From Dimorphilus gyrociliatus (taxonomy: Eukaryota; Animalia; Annelida), in assembly GCA_904063045.1 (NCBI GenBank), contig CAJFCJ010000011.1:496001-560000 (forward strand): DNA of 64,000 bases. Direction: 5' to 3'. Position numbers and translations under genes: made by a program. Under the pieces are notes generated by a model, which was not told the origin of the DNA, made no database searches, and worked only from the letters and a program-made list of their open reading frames with translations. Below are positions 24,906-38,400 of the stretch, one piece after another (positions within the stretch are counted from its first letter, which is position 1; every line of letters starts with the position of its first letter).

Positions 24906-27482
24906 ATGCCTGTTTTCGAAAATTTGATGAAGAAAATTCGCTCGAAAAAGAAAAAGGAAGAGGCTCCAAGAGAACTTCAGTGTTATTCAAAAGTAGTTAG
25001 ATCTATTACAAACGAAGCTGTTTATGTTTCGCCAAGCCGATATTCAATAGAGGAAGCTTTAAGAAGTTCTACACCGTCCAGTCACGTTTATGAAGAAATA
25101 CCAGAAGATAAATTAGATCCAACAATTACCGAAATTTGGAGTAAAAGTTCAACAAGAACAAATGTCAGTAGTCCTGTAGAAGTTGTTAAAGAGAAGTTAA
25201 ATAAAGAAAATGCGGAATACTTAGATTTATCTTCAAGACAGCAAGTATCAGAAAGGTATATTATTAATTATTAAATTTATAAATTGTTGTAAATTATACT
25301 TTTACCACTGACCTAAATCTCATTCAGTTTTTATTTAAATATTCAATTATTATCAATTGAAAAATTTAGGATAAAAAAATTGTATTGTATGTTTTATACA
25401 TATACCTTTACTTTCTTAGTAACAATTATCTAACACAACAGTATACACTATAAAGTATACACTTTTCAAAGTCATTTATATTATACTAACATATATACAG
25501 TATATACAGTATATACAGTATACTGTATATATTTATAAGGTCGATATATTAGTAATTTATCCTATACAAAAATTTGATATACATTCTTTTCTTATATAAA
25601 AAGTTATTATAAAATATTTTTTCCTCTAACTATATTTTTGCACCTATTTATAAGAAATTTAAAATGTTTCTTACGTACTTAACTGACCTAGTTTCTTTAT
25701 TAAAAATAAAGTTATTCAAGCTTTTTTACAAGTTTTTAAAAGAGATTATTTAAGTAAATAAGGTCGGAAAATAAAGTAAAATTAAGTATTTTATTAATAA
25801 AAACAATAACCTTAGGGGGATTTTTTGTATTATTATCATTGGTATTACTATATATAGTTCAAATCTCTATAAGAAAAAAGTAAATGAAATCGTAAATCTT
25901 CTATTTTAAGAGTTATTTACGAACTCTGCTCCTAAGGTCTATAGAGTTCAGCTTTTCTCTCAAGATCCTTAGTCAAAACATCTAAAAGAGTGTTACGTAA
26001 TAATTCAATATAGCCTAAAGGTGTAGAATGCTCTGAATTTTTTAGGTGTAAATCTATCAAAGATCAACTATACGAGTGTGATTGATGAGTAAAGAGAGAG
26101 AAACTTACTTTAAGTTTGTTTATTTATAAAAGGTAACGTGGCAGGTATTTTGTCGGGTTTTCTCTTCTTTTTGATTCGACTATTGTAAAAAGCGAAACTA
26201 TAAATAAAAATAGAATGTAAAGAAAATAAGTGAAAAGAGATTCGCTAAAGGCAATAAGATATTTGAAAAATTTCCGTCCTTTGTCCATGTTCCGACCAAG
26301 CTGTTAGAAAGGGTATTGAGATAAGTGTTCTCATTATTAGACGTTCATTCTATATTTGAGTGAGGAAAAAACATCTAGCACTTTTAGGGCTTTATTATGA
26401 TATTACTACGAAGAATGGAAAATTGACTAACTACTAATAAATAGTTCAACTCTTTGAAAGAGAAAACATAAAAAGTAAATTTTGCAAGTATTAATGTATT
26501 GTCAGCGCAAGATAAAGCATTTAAAAATCTTAAGAATGTTTATACATTCCTCTATCTGTCAATAATTTATCAGTATGAACTAATGTACTCTATTTTTAGT
26601 AACTTTTTCATTATTGTATCAATATTTTGTTAAGATATTTTAAATGACAAAATATAATTTATCATCTGCGAATTGTTATGAAGATAGGAAAGGAATGAGG
26701 GTCTCTTCATTTAAGGGGGAAATTTTTTATAAACTTCAGTTAAACTTATGCCTAAGTTGAGCTAAAATTAATATTGACATGACCGATTTGTATACGTAGG
26801 TATTTAAAGTAGACCAAGCTAAAAAATATCATTTGAATTTGAATTTTTTATTTAATATTATTTGTTAAAGTATTTTATCTTGATGAGTCTATCCAGGGGA
26901 GGCGGGGGAGGGAAAAGAAAAGAAAGAGTAGTTTATAAGATTTTAGGCTGAATTGATAGATTTCTCGCAGTGCTTACAACCCGTTTAATTAGATACTTAT
27001 AATATTTCTTATCATTTTTCAGTTGCAATAAATTCTACGAAACATCTACCGATGATACATATTCGGAATATGACTTACCCAAAAAGGATTTAGAATACGA
27101 ATACATGAGAGAAAGAGTTAGGGAAAATAGATTAAGAACTGAAAATGTTTATAAAAAAATGTTAAGTGAGAGCGGGAGCGACAGTGGATGCGAACAAGTA
27201 AAGTTTACTAAAAAATTACATAAGAAGAATAGAATTTTAAAACCTGCCGAATATGTGTTACCTGATTGGAATCAGATATACGAACCCTATTTAAACAAGA
27301 ATAGTAGTGAAAATCGGAAAAAAACAGTTGAATACGATCCGAGATTATCTTGCAGAGTGACTGATTATTCCTTACCAAAATCTGCTGAGAATCAACGACA
27401 ACGATCATCCACAGCTTCTAATGTATTCCTCGATGATTTAGTTTGGGCTAATCATAATCGTGTATTAATGTTAGATTTATGA
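24906..27482 (+). CDS. Hypothetical 269-aa disordered, tyrosine-motif-rich protein; 2 exons: 24906-25255, 27023-27482
   Basis: Two protein-like ORFs are joined in frame by a phase-2 AG|GTATAT donor and TTTTTCAG acceptor (1.77-kb intron). I recognise no homologue. Confidence 0.65.
25492..25531. repeat. (TATATACAG)3 ending in a 22-bp perfect palindrome (25510-25531)
   Basis: Direct reading: TATATACAGTATACTGTATATA is self-complementary. Confidence 0.85.
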
Positions 27483-27775
27483 TTGTACATTATTTATTTT
27501 TGAGTTGTTAAGATATAGTTAAAATGTTTCAATTTGTTTTTGTTTTACCTTAAATACTAACTCTTTGACGAATATTTGCAAAGAAATATCTTTTCTTATT
27601 TTACAACCTTTCTCTATTCCATCTTGTAGCATCTTTTCAAAAATCAATCAAGTGGGTACGGATATTGTCTTTAACAGATTATCACTGTTACATACCCCCT
27701 TCCTATATTAACATTTATACATAATTAGGTCCAGATATCAGTATTGAAGACCTAAACTTCAACAATTTTTTTAGT

Positions 27776-27791
27776 CAGCGCCATCTATAGG
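27776..27791 (-). promoter_or_regulatory. CTCF-like motif (CCTATAGATGGCGCTG on minus strand)
   Basis: Best of the three matches to the CCxxYAGRKGGCRS CTCF consensus spacing. Confidence 0.5.
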
Positions 27792-28501
27792 TATATCTGT
27801 AACCACAATACATATTTCACGTATCAGATTGATTATTGCAATATCATTTTATGTTTTATGTATTGTTTTATTAAGCTTTTTGCTCATATCCCTACAGTAG
27901 GCGTGCAAAATAAGGTATAAGAGCATTATTAAGGATTTCGAAATGCATACATTTATACCATCAAAAATAGAATTTTATGCAGAACATATGTGTTAATAGC
28001 CAGAAATTTTTAATCTATATAGTCTAATCTATACTTTCAGTTTGAATTTTATGTGTAAAGAAAATGTTAAAACAATTTAAAAATTGGAATTTTCAACTTA
28101 GTTAGTGGTCTTGTTTCTTCAATAGCCTGTTAAATTTTTATGAATGTCTGGAAGGTCGGCGATGACAAAGCCTAGAGCTGTAGTTTTTATTTATTGTTCG
28201 TGCATTAAATTGTTATTAGACCTATACAACTTGGGTATTGTTCACGATCCCGGAATGTGAACAATTTCAAGGTTAATTATATACTGTGTTGTTAAAACGA
28301 AACTCATTCGAACAAGTGTCGGCTTTGCTTGAAAAAAAACTAGACATTAATTATCCCTTTCAGTTATTATAATTGCCACTTAGAGAAAAACTGTTAAAAG
28401 TTCAAAAGTATTTTTATTGAAATAAAGATATAATTTTGACAAGAGCCAAAAAAAAGCAAAGATTTGGTTTGTAAAATCTATTAACTTAGCAGTAGGCGTA
28501 A

Positions 28502-28574
28502 GCCCGGTTAGCTCAGTCGGTAGAGCATGAGACTCTTAATCTCAGGGTCGTGGGTTCGAGCCCCACATTGGGCG
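28502..28574 (+). tRNA. tRNA-Lys-CTT: tRNA-Lys (anticodon CTT)
   Basis: 73 nt, near-identical to canonical metazoan tRNA-Lys(CTT): A box TAGCTCAGTCGG, anticodon loop CTCTTAA, B box GGTTCGAGCC; compensatory T7-A66 pair in the acceptor stem. Confidence 0.98.
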
Positions 28575-28579
28575 AATGA

Positions 28580-28588
28580 TTTTTTTTT
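28580..28588 (+). terminator. Pol III oligo-dT terminator (T9) of tRNA-Lys
   Basis: Run of nine T five bases after the tRNA 3' end. Confidence 0.85.
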
Positions 28589-29326
28589 AGTTATCGATTG
28601 TTGCTTACATTTGAACGTGTTCGTAAAATATTCAATAATTAACTCACTATAGATCAATTTCTTTTTTTGGATTCACAGAGTGAAAAACAAAATCTTGTAC
28701 TTTTCTATTAAGAAAAAAAGAGACATACTATTACTTGCAAATGTTTGGTTATAAGGTGAATATTAATTGGTGATACCTTGACCTGATTACAGGACCTAAG
28801 CTTAAAAGCAACGGTATTATTTTCAAACCAGTTGCGCATAGATCGGAGCCCCTGCTGTTGCACCGCATTTGTTTTTTATCTAACGTTGTAGACCTATAAT
28901 AAAAAGTACTAACTAAATTTCTATGTTGTTTTTAGACTAAGAATTAGTTGGCCTACGACACAATCCAGTCTGAATCTGTTACATTAACTTTCAGCAGGCT
29001 AAAATTAAGCATTCAAATACATACAATTTATATTTTAAGGAAAAAACAAAGCAGCTAAACAAATAGCAAAATCGCTCAATTGAATAATAATAATCATAAT
29101 ACTAGTGAGGGAGTAAGAAGGATTTATTGACAAACTATTAATGTAAGGTGTATATATATATAGAAATTTATGCATATATTTAGAAACATAAATGTATATT
29201 TATAGCTATATATTTGTTTTCCTATACAGTATATACTTTAGAAGCATATAATACCAGCGTCAATTATGCTTTGATCATAGTTTGTCAGGGAGAAGAAAAA
29301 ATTGTATATAATTATAAGCAAATTTA

Positions 29327-29951
29327 TCACTGAAGAGAGCAGCATTTCCCTTTTGGGGGTAAACGTTCCGCAGATTGCGGTCCGTCGTTGCTCTCAATTT
29401 TTAAGAGTTTTACTTCAACTTGCTGGGGGGATGCTTTTGGAGCCGATTGTTGAACAAGGTGTTGAGCGGCTTGTAAAGCAGGTTCTTCAACTGAAGTTGC
29501 AGGAATCTCACTCACCCTACTCTCATCCGGATCTGCTATGTTAACGCTTGTTCGACATATCGTCGAATGTTCCATAATATAATCAGCTATTTTCGATAAT
29601 TCTCCGTCGCTCTTGAATGGGTTTTCGATGCTTTCTTCTACTCTGAAAAAGATATGCATGTTAGTTGTGTACCGGAGTAGAGTGTTTCATATTAACTGAT
29701 TAATAGTTTCCTTTTGTTCATTTTGTATTGTACTACTATTTTCAGCACTGTCTTTCGATTTAGATGAATTCGGCAAAGTTCTGTCCCACGATTCATGAAA
29801 GCTAAGGCTTTGAGCCGGCTTTCTACTACAATTATGACGTTCACAATTCTCCATTGTTCTGTCAATAATCGTTACTTGTTTAAAGTGCTTCTCACCCCTC
29901 CAACTGCCATTTTTTTCACCTCCTTCAGCATATTGAATACCGGAAGAAGAT
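29327..29951 (-). CDS. Hypothetical low-complexity protein ending in a CaaX box (KGKCCSLQ*); exons 29951-29697 and 29642-29327, 5' end uncertain
   Basis: Two ORFs are joined by a 54-nt phase-2 intron with an ACTAAC branch point and TTTTTCAG acceptor. The start is either the internal ATG at 29854 or an upstream exon. Confidence 0.55.
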
Positions 29952-30859
29952 CTTTTTAAAGAAAAAAAATACACGTTGAAAATTCACATTTAAGTAAACA
30001 AACGATTTTTAACATCAACAGCCTATAATTTATAGAAGAGACTCTTTAGATTCCAACGACTCGTACAGAATTAGGTATACAATTGAAAACCTTGCAACAA
30101 AATTTACTAAATAATGTAAGCCTACAAACGGAATGTATATATTTTTGGTGTTCAAAAGCGAGGATCGAATATGTTATAAGCTTTTTAAAACGTGTCGACG
30201 AAACAAGCCGAGCTCGTTTTTTTTACTCTGATGAATTAGGCCTACATTCTGACGCAAAATTTTTTTTTGTAAGGAGAATTAAACGTAAGAATTTTTTTCT
30301 CCCCTCCCCTTTTCTTAAAAATTCATTATTTTCTTTAACTACTCCCTATTTTAAAGTTTATCTATAGTATTGAAAGGGATAACGACGGTAATAATAAACC
30401 GTTTTTCTAATGACGACAAATAAACAGCCATAACAACAATATGTCTATATAATTCACAGTCTGCCCTTTTCTCTCCTTGTCTGTCCTCCTATTTTTTTAT
30501 GTCTAGGTTTTATAGTTACAAATTTTCCTTAACTGTATTAAAACGATTAATATCCTTCATATATTCACCGTTCCGAAACGGAACGATCGATTTTTTTCCT
30601 TCTAAAGTACATTTTAACGTAACGACTAGACGCCTGTCCGGCGTTACTTTATCGCTCGATACGCTTTCAACATTATTCAATTTAATCAAAAAAGATACTT
30701 ACTTCACCATTGTAAAATTTTTGTTATATCGAAGACGACCTATCAAATTGGCCGCCCTCTCACAATATTACATATTATTACGCAATTGTGGTTACAGATA
30801 TTCCATTCCATGAAAATTTTCCACTGCAAAATGCCGGGGAATTGATCTTTCGTATACGG

Positions 30860-30875
30860 TAGCGCCATCACTTGG
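30860..30875 (-). promoter_or_regulatory. CTCF-like motif (CCAAGTGATGGCGCTA on minus strand)
   Basis: Third copy of the AGCGCCATC core, with CTCF-like CC spacing. Confidence 0.35.
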
Positions 30876-31298
30876 CCGATTATTTATCGCCCTAGGCCTA
30901 CGCGCCAACTATAAAAAGAATAAAAAAAGAGAAAATAAACGCCCTTCATTATTATCTTTTTCTCAAAAGACTATTGAACTTGAAAGAACAGTCCTAACTT
31001 TAATTATTCCATTTTGATTATTTATGCAATGGAAAAAAGTTTCTCTTTGCCAAAGGCCAGAAATTTATTGTTTATCTCAAAACTTGTCGCCTTTTTATAT
31101 AGGAAAAATCACCGAGTCCAGCCTCGGGAATGTAAATATCAGACACTCGTCTGACTTTGTTTACACAACTGCGTTCCGTCTTTAAAGCGAATTGTCGTTT
31201 AGGAAATAATTCCAATTACTCTTAGACCTTTTGACATTTATTAAGGCCCTTAACTTAAACAATGATCCTTCTTAAAATAAATATACAAACAAATTTAT

Positions 31299-31304
<6 letters not shown>

Positions 31305-31340
<36 letters not shown>
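31305..31340. repeat. (TA)18 microsatellite
   Basis: Direct reading of the sequence. Confidence 0.95.
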
Positions 31341-31343
<3 letters not shown>

Positions 31344-34300
31344 TTATATATATATTGGAATATATTGTATACTGTATAACAATAGTTGAATACAATTGTC
31401 AGCCAATTGTATATATTGTTATAAACTCCTGAAAAAGGTAGGATATATATTTTAACTAATTAAATCAATAGAAAAAACTCTTTCAGAATGAAAACATTAG
31501 TTTAGTATTAATTTCTTCCTAACCGCATTTATTGGTACCATTTTAGGAAATGCCAATATTTGTTCAAGAAGAAAGTATACTTTGAACTGCCTCTGATTTA
31601 TAGGCGTTTTTTTTATAAATTATATTGTATTTGTATATTGTTTACTATGTATTTATAATAAAAGATTGACTTGAAATAAATGAAAAATATTCATATTAGC
31701 TGAACTATCATCTAAGAATATCTTGATAATATAAAATGCTAAGAGGATTATAAAAATCATTTAATTAAATTGGAATACAAATGTTTTTTCTTCACTTGAG
31801 AAACTAATCCCTTAAAAAGACAAAATAACGTCCAAGTAAAACAACTACGACAAATAATTTCCGTATAAGGAGATACGAGTGCTATCACTCATAATTAATA
31901 TCAAATATCGTAAATTTATACATATTTGAATAGATACGAAAATAACAGTATTTACAAGATTTGTAAAACGAACGTTTTTTGAAATTATATTCTCATTTTT
32001 TGTCAATATCCTCGGTTGAACTACGAATTCGAAAAAAAACAATTCTAGGCCTAAGGCATGGTGAAATTCAACAGTATATCGACAATTGAGGCTATATATC
32101 ACTGACAAATCGCGGTTAAAGCTTGTTAAGAGATATAAACGTTATACGTAATAAATTATTTAATGGTAACAATAAGACACAGTTATTTACTCATAGAATA
32201 GTAATTTCAACTGCCCTAGTTGGTATAAATTAAAAATAAAATTAGAATTCGCTTCAACTTAACAATACATGTTGAATTCTTTAAAGTAATACGTTATTAT
32301 GTCTTTTTATCTGAAGGGTTTAATCCTGATTATAAATTCTAACTCCCTTTAATTGTATTATTCAATTAATAACAGTTAAAATAAAGTTATTGCTCGTTAA
32401 TAAATTTTTTATTTATTTATTGACACGGTGCTGACATCTTAGGGGTTGAAATTTAACAAAATTGTGAATAAAAAGTTCTTGGAAGTTACGTGCCGAGAAA
32501 ATTAAATACCATATCATTAACAATTATACCTTTAACATTAGAATCTCTTTTTTTATCTTCTTCCTTTCAATAAACATCCGTAATCATGATCTATTGCATA
32601 ATTATTCAAAAAGGAGAAAAGCTTAATTACAGTATAAAACTAGGATTTCCTTTTAACCCATGATCTTGATAACACCAATATAAAATATACAAATGTATAC
32701 ATAGTAGATATCTACGAATTTTGACATAGTTCTTTGCCAAAGATGTTGATAACAGGATAATCTGTAACAAATAAACGGTTTTGTTTGAGGAATGGGCGTA
32801 TCATTATCAATTCACGTCTATAGTTATATTTGCTTTTTGAGTAGTATTGCCGTAGCCAATCTACGTTGAATTGGGAGGATAATGTGAGAAAATAACAGAC
32901 TTGATCAATCATCCTTCAGTTGACTTTGCTATTTTTTGTTTTCCTCAACTTTTCCAAATCTACAATGAGAGCAGTTTTGAGATTTCCTTCTATTATGCTA
33001 TGCTTTTAAAGGCTAGCTAAGCCTGATGAGGTTTCGTTATGACTGCTTTATCGAGCCTAAATATCAACCAGCACTTAACAATATTTACCTACATAGCTCT
33101 CAGAAAACAGAAATTGCCCGAAGTTAGACGGCAAGTTAGAAGTCTAAGTCAATGAAATTTTTTACTAAATTACACAATTACAATAGAAAACAGTTGTTTT
33201 TGTTTGAAAATTCAATAGTTAGATTTTTCTGCACGATTGTAATTACCCTTTTTAACCTTAAATAAAAGTATTTAAGGAAAGTCAATTAAGCATTTTTGCC
33301 TTCTATGAAATTTTTCTTTACATAACTCATTCTAATACAAATTCTTCTTCGTTTATTCTAATTATTACATTGAGAATATAAGAGTCAAAATATATATAGC
33401 GAGAATTTCATCCTATTTACAGAAGACTTGTAAAAATCCAATCGACAATAATTAGATAGGATATTACAAGTCATCATTTAACATTCTTATAGTCAGAGAA
33501 CCGAAAACTATTTGTTATAATTGAATATTGGAACGATATTTTGGGGCCATAGAATAATTTATAGTACCCAGTATCCTGAATAGTTTGGGATATAAAAGAA
33601 TAGTATAAGAATGAATTGCTAATTTTATTAGCGCGATTTAACTACAAACTGAAAGTAAGAGTAGAATTCTTTTATTCCGCAGTAATACAATCTAATCTAG
33701 TATCTAAAAAAACCTTAGGGGTAGCTAAGTGGAATACTTTCACTCCACTTGCCTTGATAATCCCAAAAGTACCATACATGGGAAATGCTTTACAAAGTTA
33801 TTGTCTTTTTTTTACCGACAAAGCTTTTATACAAGACTTTTGTAAGTCTCTTACTTATATATATTACTAATCGAATTGATACAATTGTACAGTTTTTTCT
33901 CATCTACATTAATTCCTTCTATTCTTATAGTTATATACTTCTTCGATAATGCTTCAAAGTGGTTTATATTTAGAGTAGAATGTGTAATTAGATAGATCTA
34001 CATATCCTGTCTATACTTGTTTATTAAAATAGCAGTTATTCAAATTCTTTCCATGGACCTTATTTAGGTTTTTCACTTGTATAATTCAGACAACCGTTTG
34101 TTTACTTCATGCTAAATCACTTTCGAGAGTTAAAACGTGACCTAGTGGGAGAATATGAAATCTTCCAAATTCCTTAGGTGTATAAAACAACAGTTGAGAG
34201 AATCTCAGAGGCATAAGGGCAACGAAACCAAAATTCGGTTGAGTCAGAGAACCATATTTTGTATTTTAGTTGAAAAGTTGAGTCATTGGTAGTAATAGCC

Positions 34301-35439
34301 TTTTGCTAAAGAAAAGTTTATAATTACACTGTTAGTATAGCCTATCTGCCAAAAATAACATCCAAACTCAATGAAAAGCTGTGACTTCATTATAGAATCT
34401 TTAGATAGAATTATTATGGTAATTACGAAAGCTCTTGTGTACATGTCTGTGATTTAATTGTGATATTTGTATCATTCGTTTCATCTAAATGTTGTTTAAA
34501 GAAAGAGCTGCGAAAAAGATCCTTATCAGTTCAGAGCATAAGAAAGACGTTTATCATTTATTCATCGAAACGAGGCAATCGATTCCTAATGTCCCAGAAA
34601 ACGACTTTTCCCAGATTACGGTTACGCTTCATTAGTTTCATCCTGAAATCTTTAGGTCAAAAATTCCCCCTCTTCACACTATATGAATAGCATCACTCAG
34701 TTAAATAAATTTTAATCAACTATCTAGTTTCTTCAGCTGTTTATCTAAAATAAATTTTCTCTCTGTACAAGACATTGAATCAGATAAGGCGGTAGTTCTT
34801 AATCACTACACTCCGAAATGATATCACACTCACTGGGTATCTTAGATCACAAGATATTGAACTAGTTTCTTTCAAAGGTGGGCAAATGAAAGTAATTATC
34901 TGTATTACCTGGCAACCTAAAATAACCCATTTGATCTATAAAATGTGATTATCAAAGGCCTAAAACGAAAGGAAAATGTTTACGGAAATAGGTCGAAAGT
35001 TCCTATTAGGCTTTATGGTTAAAAATAATTAACAATAAATATAAAATGAAATAATTGTAATTGAGCTTATTTTTTACAAAACGAATTACTTAAAACAATT
35101 CAGTAATTTTATTACAGGAAAAATTAACATCCATATTACATATCAACATTCATCAGTTTTAAACTGCAAGTCTGCTAGAGCGTGTAAATCAAACTAGGAG
35201 CGAATTCGCAACACGAAGTAGATATTTATATAATAAGTATGCGCTGAATTCAGTTCTGTAGGTGAGTAGCTACAAATTCGTAAGATTAAGGTCTTGTCAT
35301 TGTCTTACAGATTGGGTATGAAAAGTCTCTCAAAAAAAGGATTTAAATGTTATAAAAACAATTGATTACGTGATACATATCCATTAAAGTAAACATTATA
35401 TAATGGATAGAGTTAAAAAAAATCACAACCGTCGACTGA

Positions 35440-38400
35440 TTAGCGTTGTATAACCCTGAAAGCTAGAACAACCATACTGAAAATCGCCCCGATGTTTGGA
35501 AGAAAGCAAAAACCTCCACATTGTTGAATGTCCCGCTGAAATAAATAAAATATTTTCGAATGGTATATAAATCTAGATAGATTGAAAGTTATAAACTTAC
35601 GCTCATACTGTTGTCAAAACAAAATTCAGGCCGTCTCCGAAATCTTTTTTCCACGTCACATTTTTCATCTATAAAATTCGGATCATCAGGTAAGATTGAG
35701 TTAAGGAAAAAATGGCTTTTAAAATAAGAATTTGATATCACTACAACTTTGAAACTATTTAAAAAAAGGATATTTTCTACTGGTTTATGATGGAGAAATT
35801 CATCATAACACGATGGCTCGCATTTCGTAGCTGCATCTTTAAATACGACTAAATACAAATTTGTTTCCTTTATTTCATAACCCTGAACACTTCTGAAAAA
35901 GTTACTTTTCATATTAGCAAAATGTTTATAATAAGAATGTAACACTACGTTACCCTCTCGTACATCCGTTACATCCGGAGAGTGTTCGTGTAAAATGAGG
36001 ATCAGATGATCTTTGCAATAAATATAGAGATTCTTTTTTAATACAACTTCTGTTTTGAGTGATAGGAGAACCAATGGCATCTACCGTGTTTGACACTGTA
36101 AATTTGATTGTTAGTAGAATACGTGTGTTATGATTTAAAGAATATTTACCAGATGAAGATGTAAGTAGTGCCCAAAATCTATAAAAGAAAATGGCATAAA
36201 AAATTAGATTTATAAAGATTCATCTATGAAGCTTACAAATTAAAATATCCAATTATAGTTGATATTTTCAAATTCCACCATTTAAAAGTCAAAAGTTCAT
36301 AGAAAAAAGGCTACAATGTAAATTTAAATTAAAACAATTGTTTAAAGCAATTGAATAATAATATACCAAATTTGCGGTTTTTCCAACGCCACTGACTGTG
36401 CGTTGAACAATACTGCAAGACGCTTGATAGTCGTAAACTTTTGTTCTGGATGATAAAATTTATTGACAAGATAATATAAAAGACTGATGATGGAAATTTA
36501 CTCATTAAATCTATTTTCCTTTATCAGTAATGCCATAATCTGCACAAACAATTGTTGATCAGTGATACTTCCCAAGAAAGAACCAATCTGTGTAAATAAG
36601 TTGCTTATATTAATTTAAATATGATAAACTTAATCTTGCGAACTTACATATTTATCGTCGTTTTCATTTGATGAAACTACCAAAAAGCCTCCATCATCTA
36701 ACAATAGACAGAAGTTTTTATCCGTACATCTATTTATATTACTTCTTAAAATATCTCTTAATGACTTTGGAGGTATTTTAACACCAATGACTGAAAAATA
36801 TAGGTATGCTTTGAACTATTTTCTTTTTTAATGAACGTTATCTTCATACCTGCGTCTTTCACAGTGCCGGAAAATGTTCCCACTGATTTTCCTGCAATTA
36901 TTGATGCTGTGCAATTTTCATCCATACATTCTATGAGAAAGCAGTGTAAATTAAGTATGTGGAATATTTTGTTTTTGAAATATTTGATACCGCTTGCGTC
37001 AGATGTAGAAAAAAACCATTTATCCAAGTCCAATGCTCTTTTGAAAAAAGTTGACTCCCAAACGTCAGCACTACTAAGATAAGTATCTCGAGATCTAAAA
37101 TAGCCATAGCCTATTAGACATATTCTAAAATATTTAATTAGCTTAAAAAACTAACGATTCTGGGTAAAATCTTGTCATTCCACTACCCGATGCAAAAAAG
37201 AACGACAGAATCGGTTGCCTTGGATTAGCTTCCTGCCAAATATTCGGCAAAGAACTAGTAGAAATTATATCAAATAACAAATGATCCAATAACTTATGGT
37301 CACCTTTGTATTAGAAAGTAATATTTATACGTAATTAGGTCGAAAATTAAGTTTTTATTACTTACAAGTTAAACTAGGAAGATCAATGTTTAATAAGTCT
37401 GGAATTGAAGTAATATTTTCGCACCATTCCCTGTAGAAATCAACAAGCCATTATTTTGACTTTACATCAAATTAAGCCTAATCTTACCAAGGAGAAATGA
37501 CCATCATTTCATCTTTCAACATGTGTTTTGCTTCTCTATAAAATCGATCTTTGTCTTTATTAACCTTGTCAAACATGTGCTTGCGATACGGTGGTAATAC
37601 AATAGCGATACTATATATGAAAGTCATTTAGAGAAATACCAAAGAAAATAGTAATTTTAAACAAGATACCTAAAAGTTGTATTTTCAATTCCAATATAGT
37701 GATACGTTCTTGTATTATGTAATATATGACCGTCACTAGTAACTCTAGTTAAACCTTTTACAGTCATAGTTGACTCAGTTTTATTAATCATCTCTTCTCG
37801 AACCTAGAGCGAATTAAAAATAGTTATTTACAGAAAATAGAATACCAGTCACAAACCAATTTTAGATCATCGCTTTCTATTTGAATTTCTAATAAATCTA
37901 CTGTAGGAGGATCCGATAACCATCCGTGTTGAGCTTTGAGATCAGGATGAAAAAGAATATAACCATTATTATTTATTGCAAACGCGTAACCGTTTGGCCC
38001 AAGCTGTGTTAAATTAAGAAGTTAAAAAGTAGTAATTTTATTATATATGGTGAAAAAATTACTTTCTTCCAAGGTATATGTCTCTTCAGTTCATCAATTG
38101 TCACATCAGTTCCCATTACTCCCAACAATGTGTCATTTTTCTGAAATATTTTAAACCTTAGAGATAAATATATGTAACAATTCTACTCTATTTACATCTA
38201 AGTCTCGCGTTCTGTTGTAAACAGGCAATGTTACAGTTGTCATAATACCCAATCTCTGTAATAAATATAAAAAAATATTCATTAAATTCGATTCTCCACA
38301 CAGAATAAAATTATATCAATATTGTCTAAAGCGTGCTAATGCGTAAATAATTATAGCATTCAACAAAGCTATAATAATAAAAGTAATAATAAAAAATATC

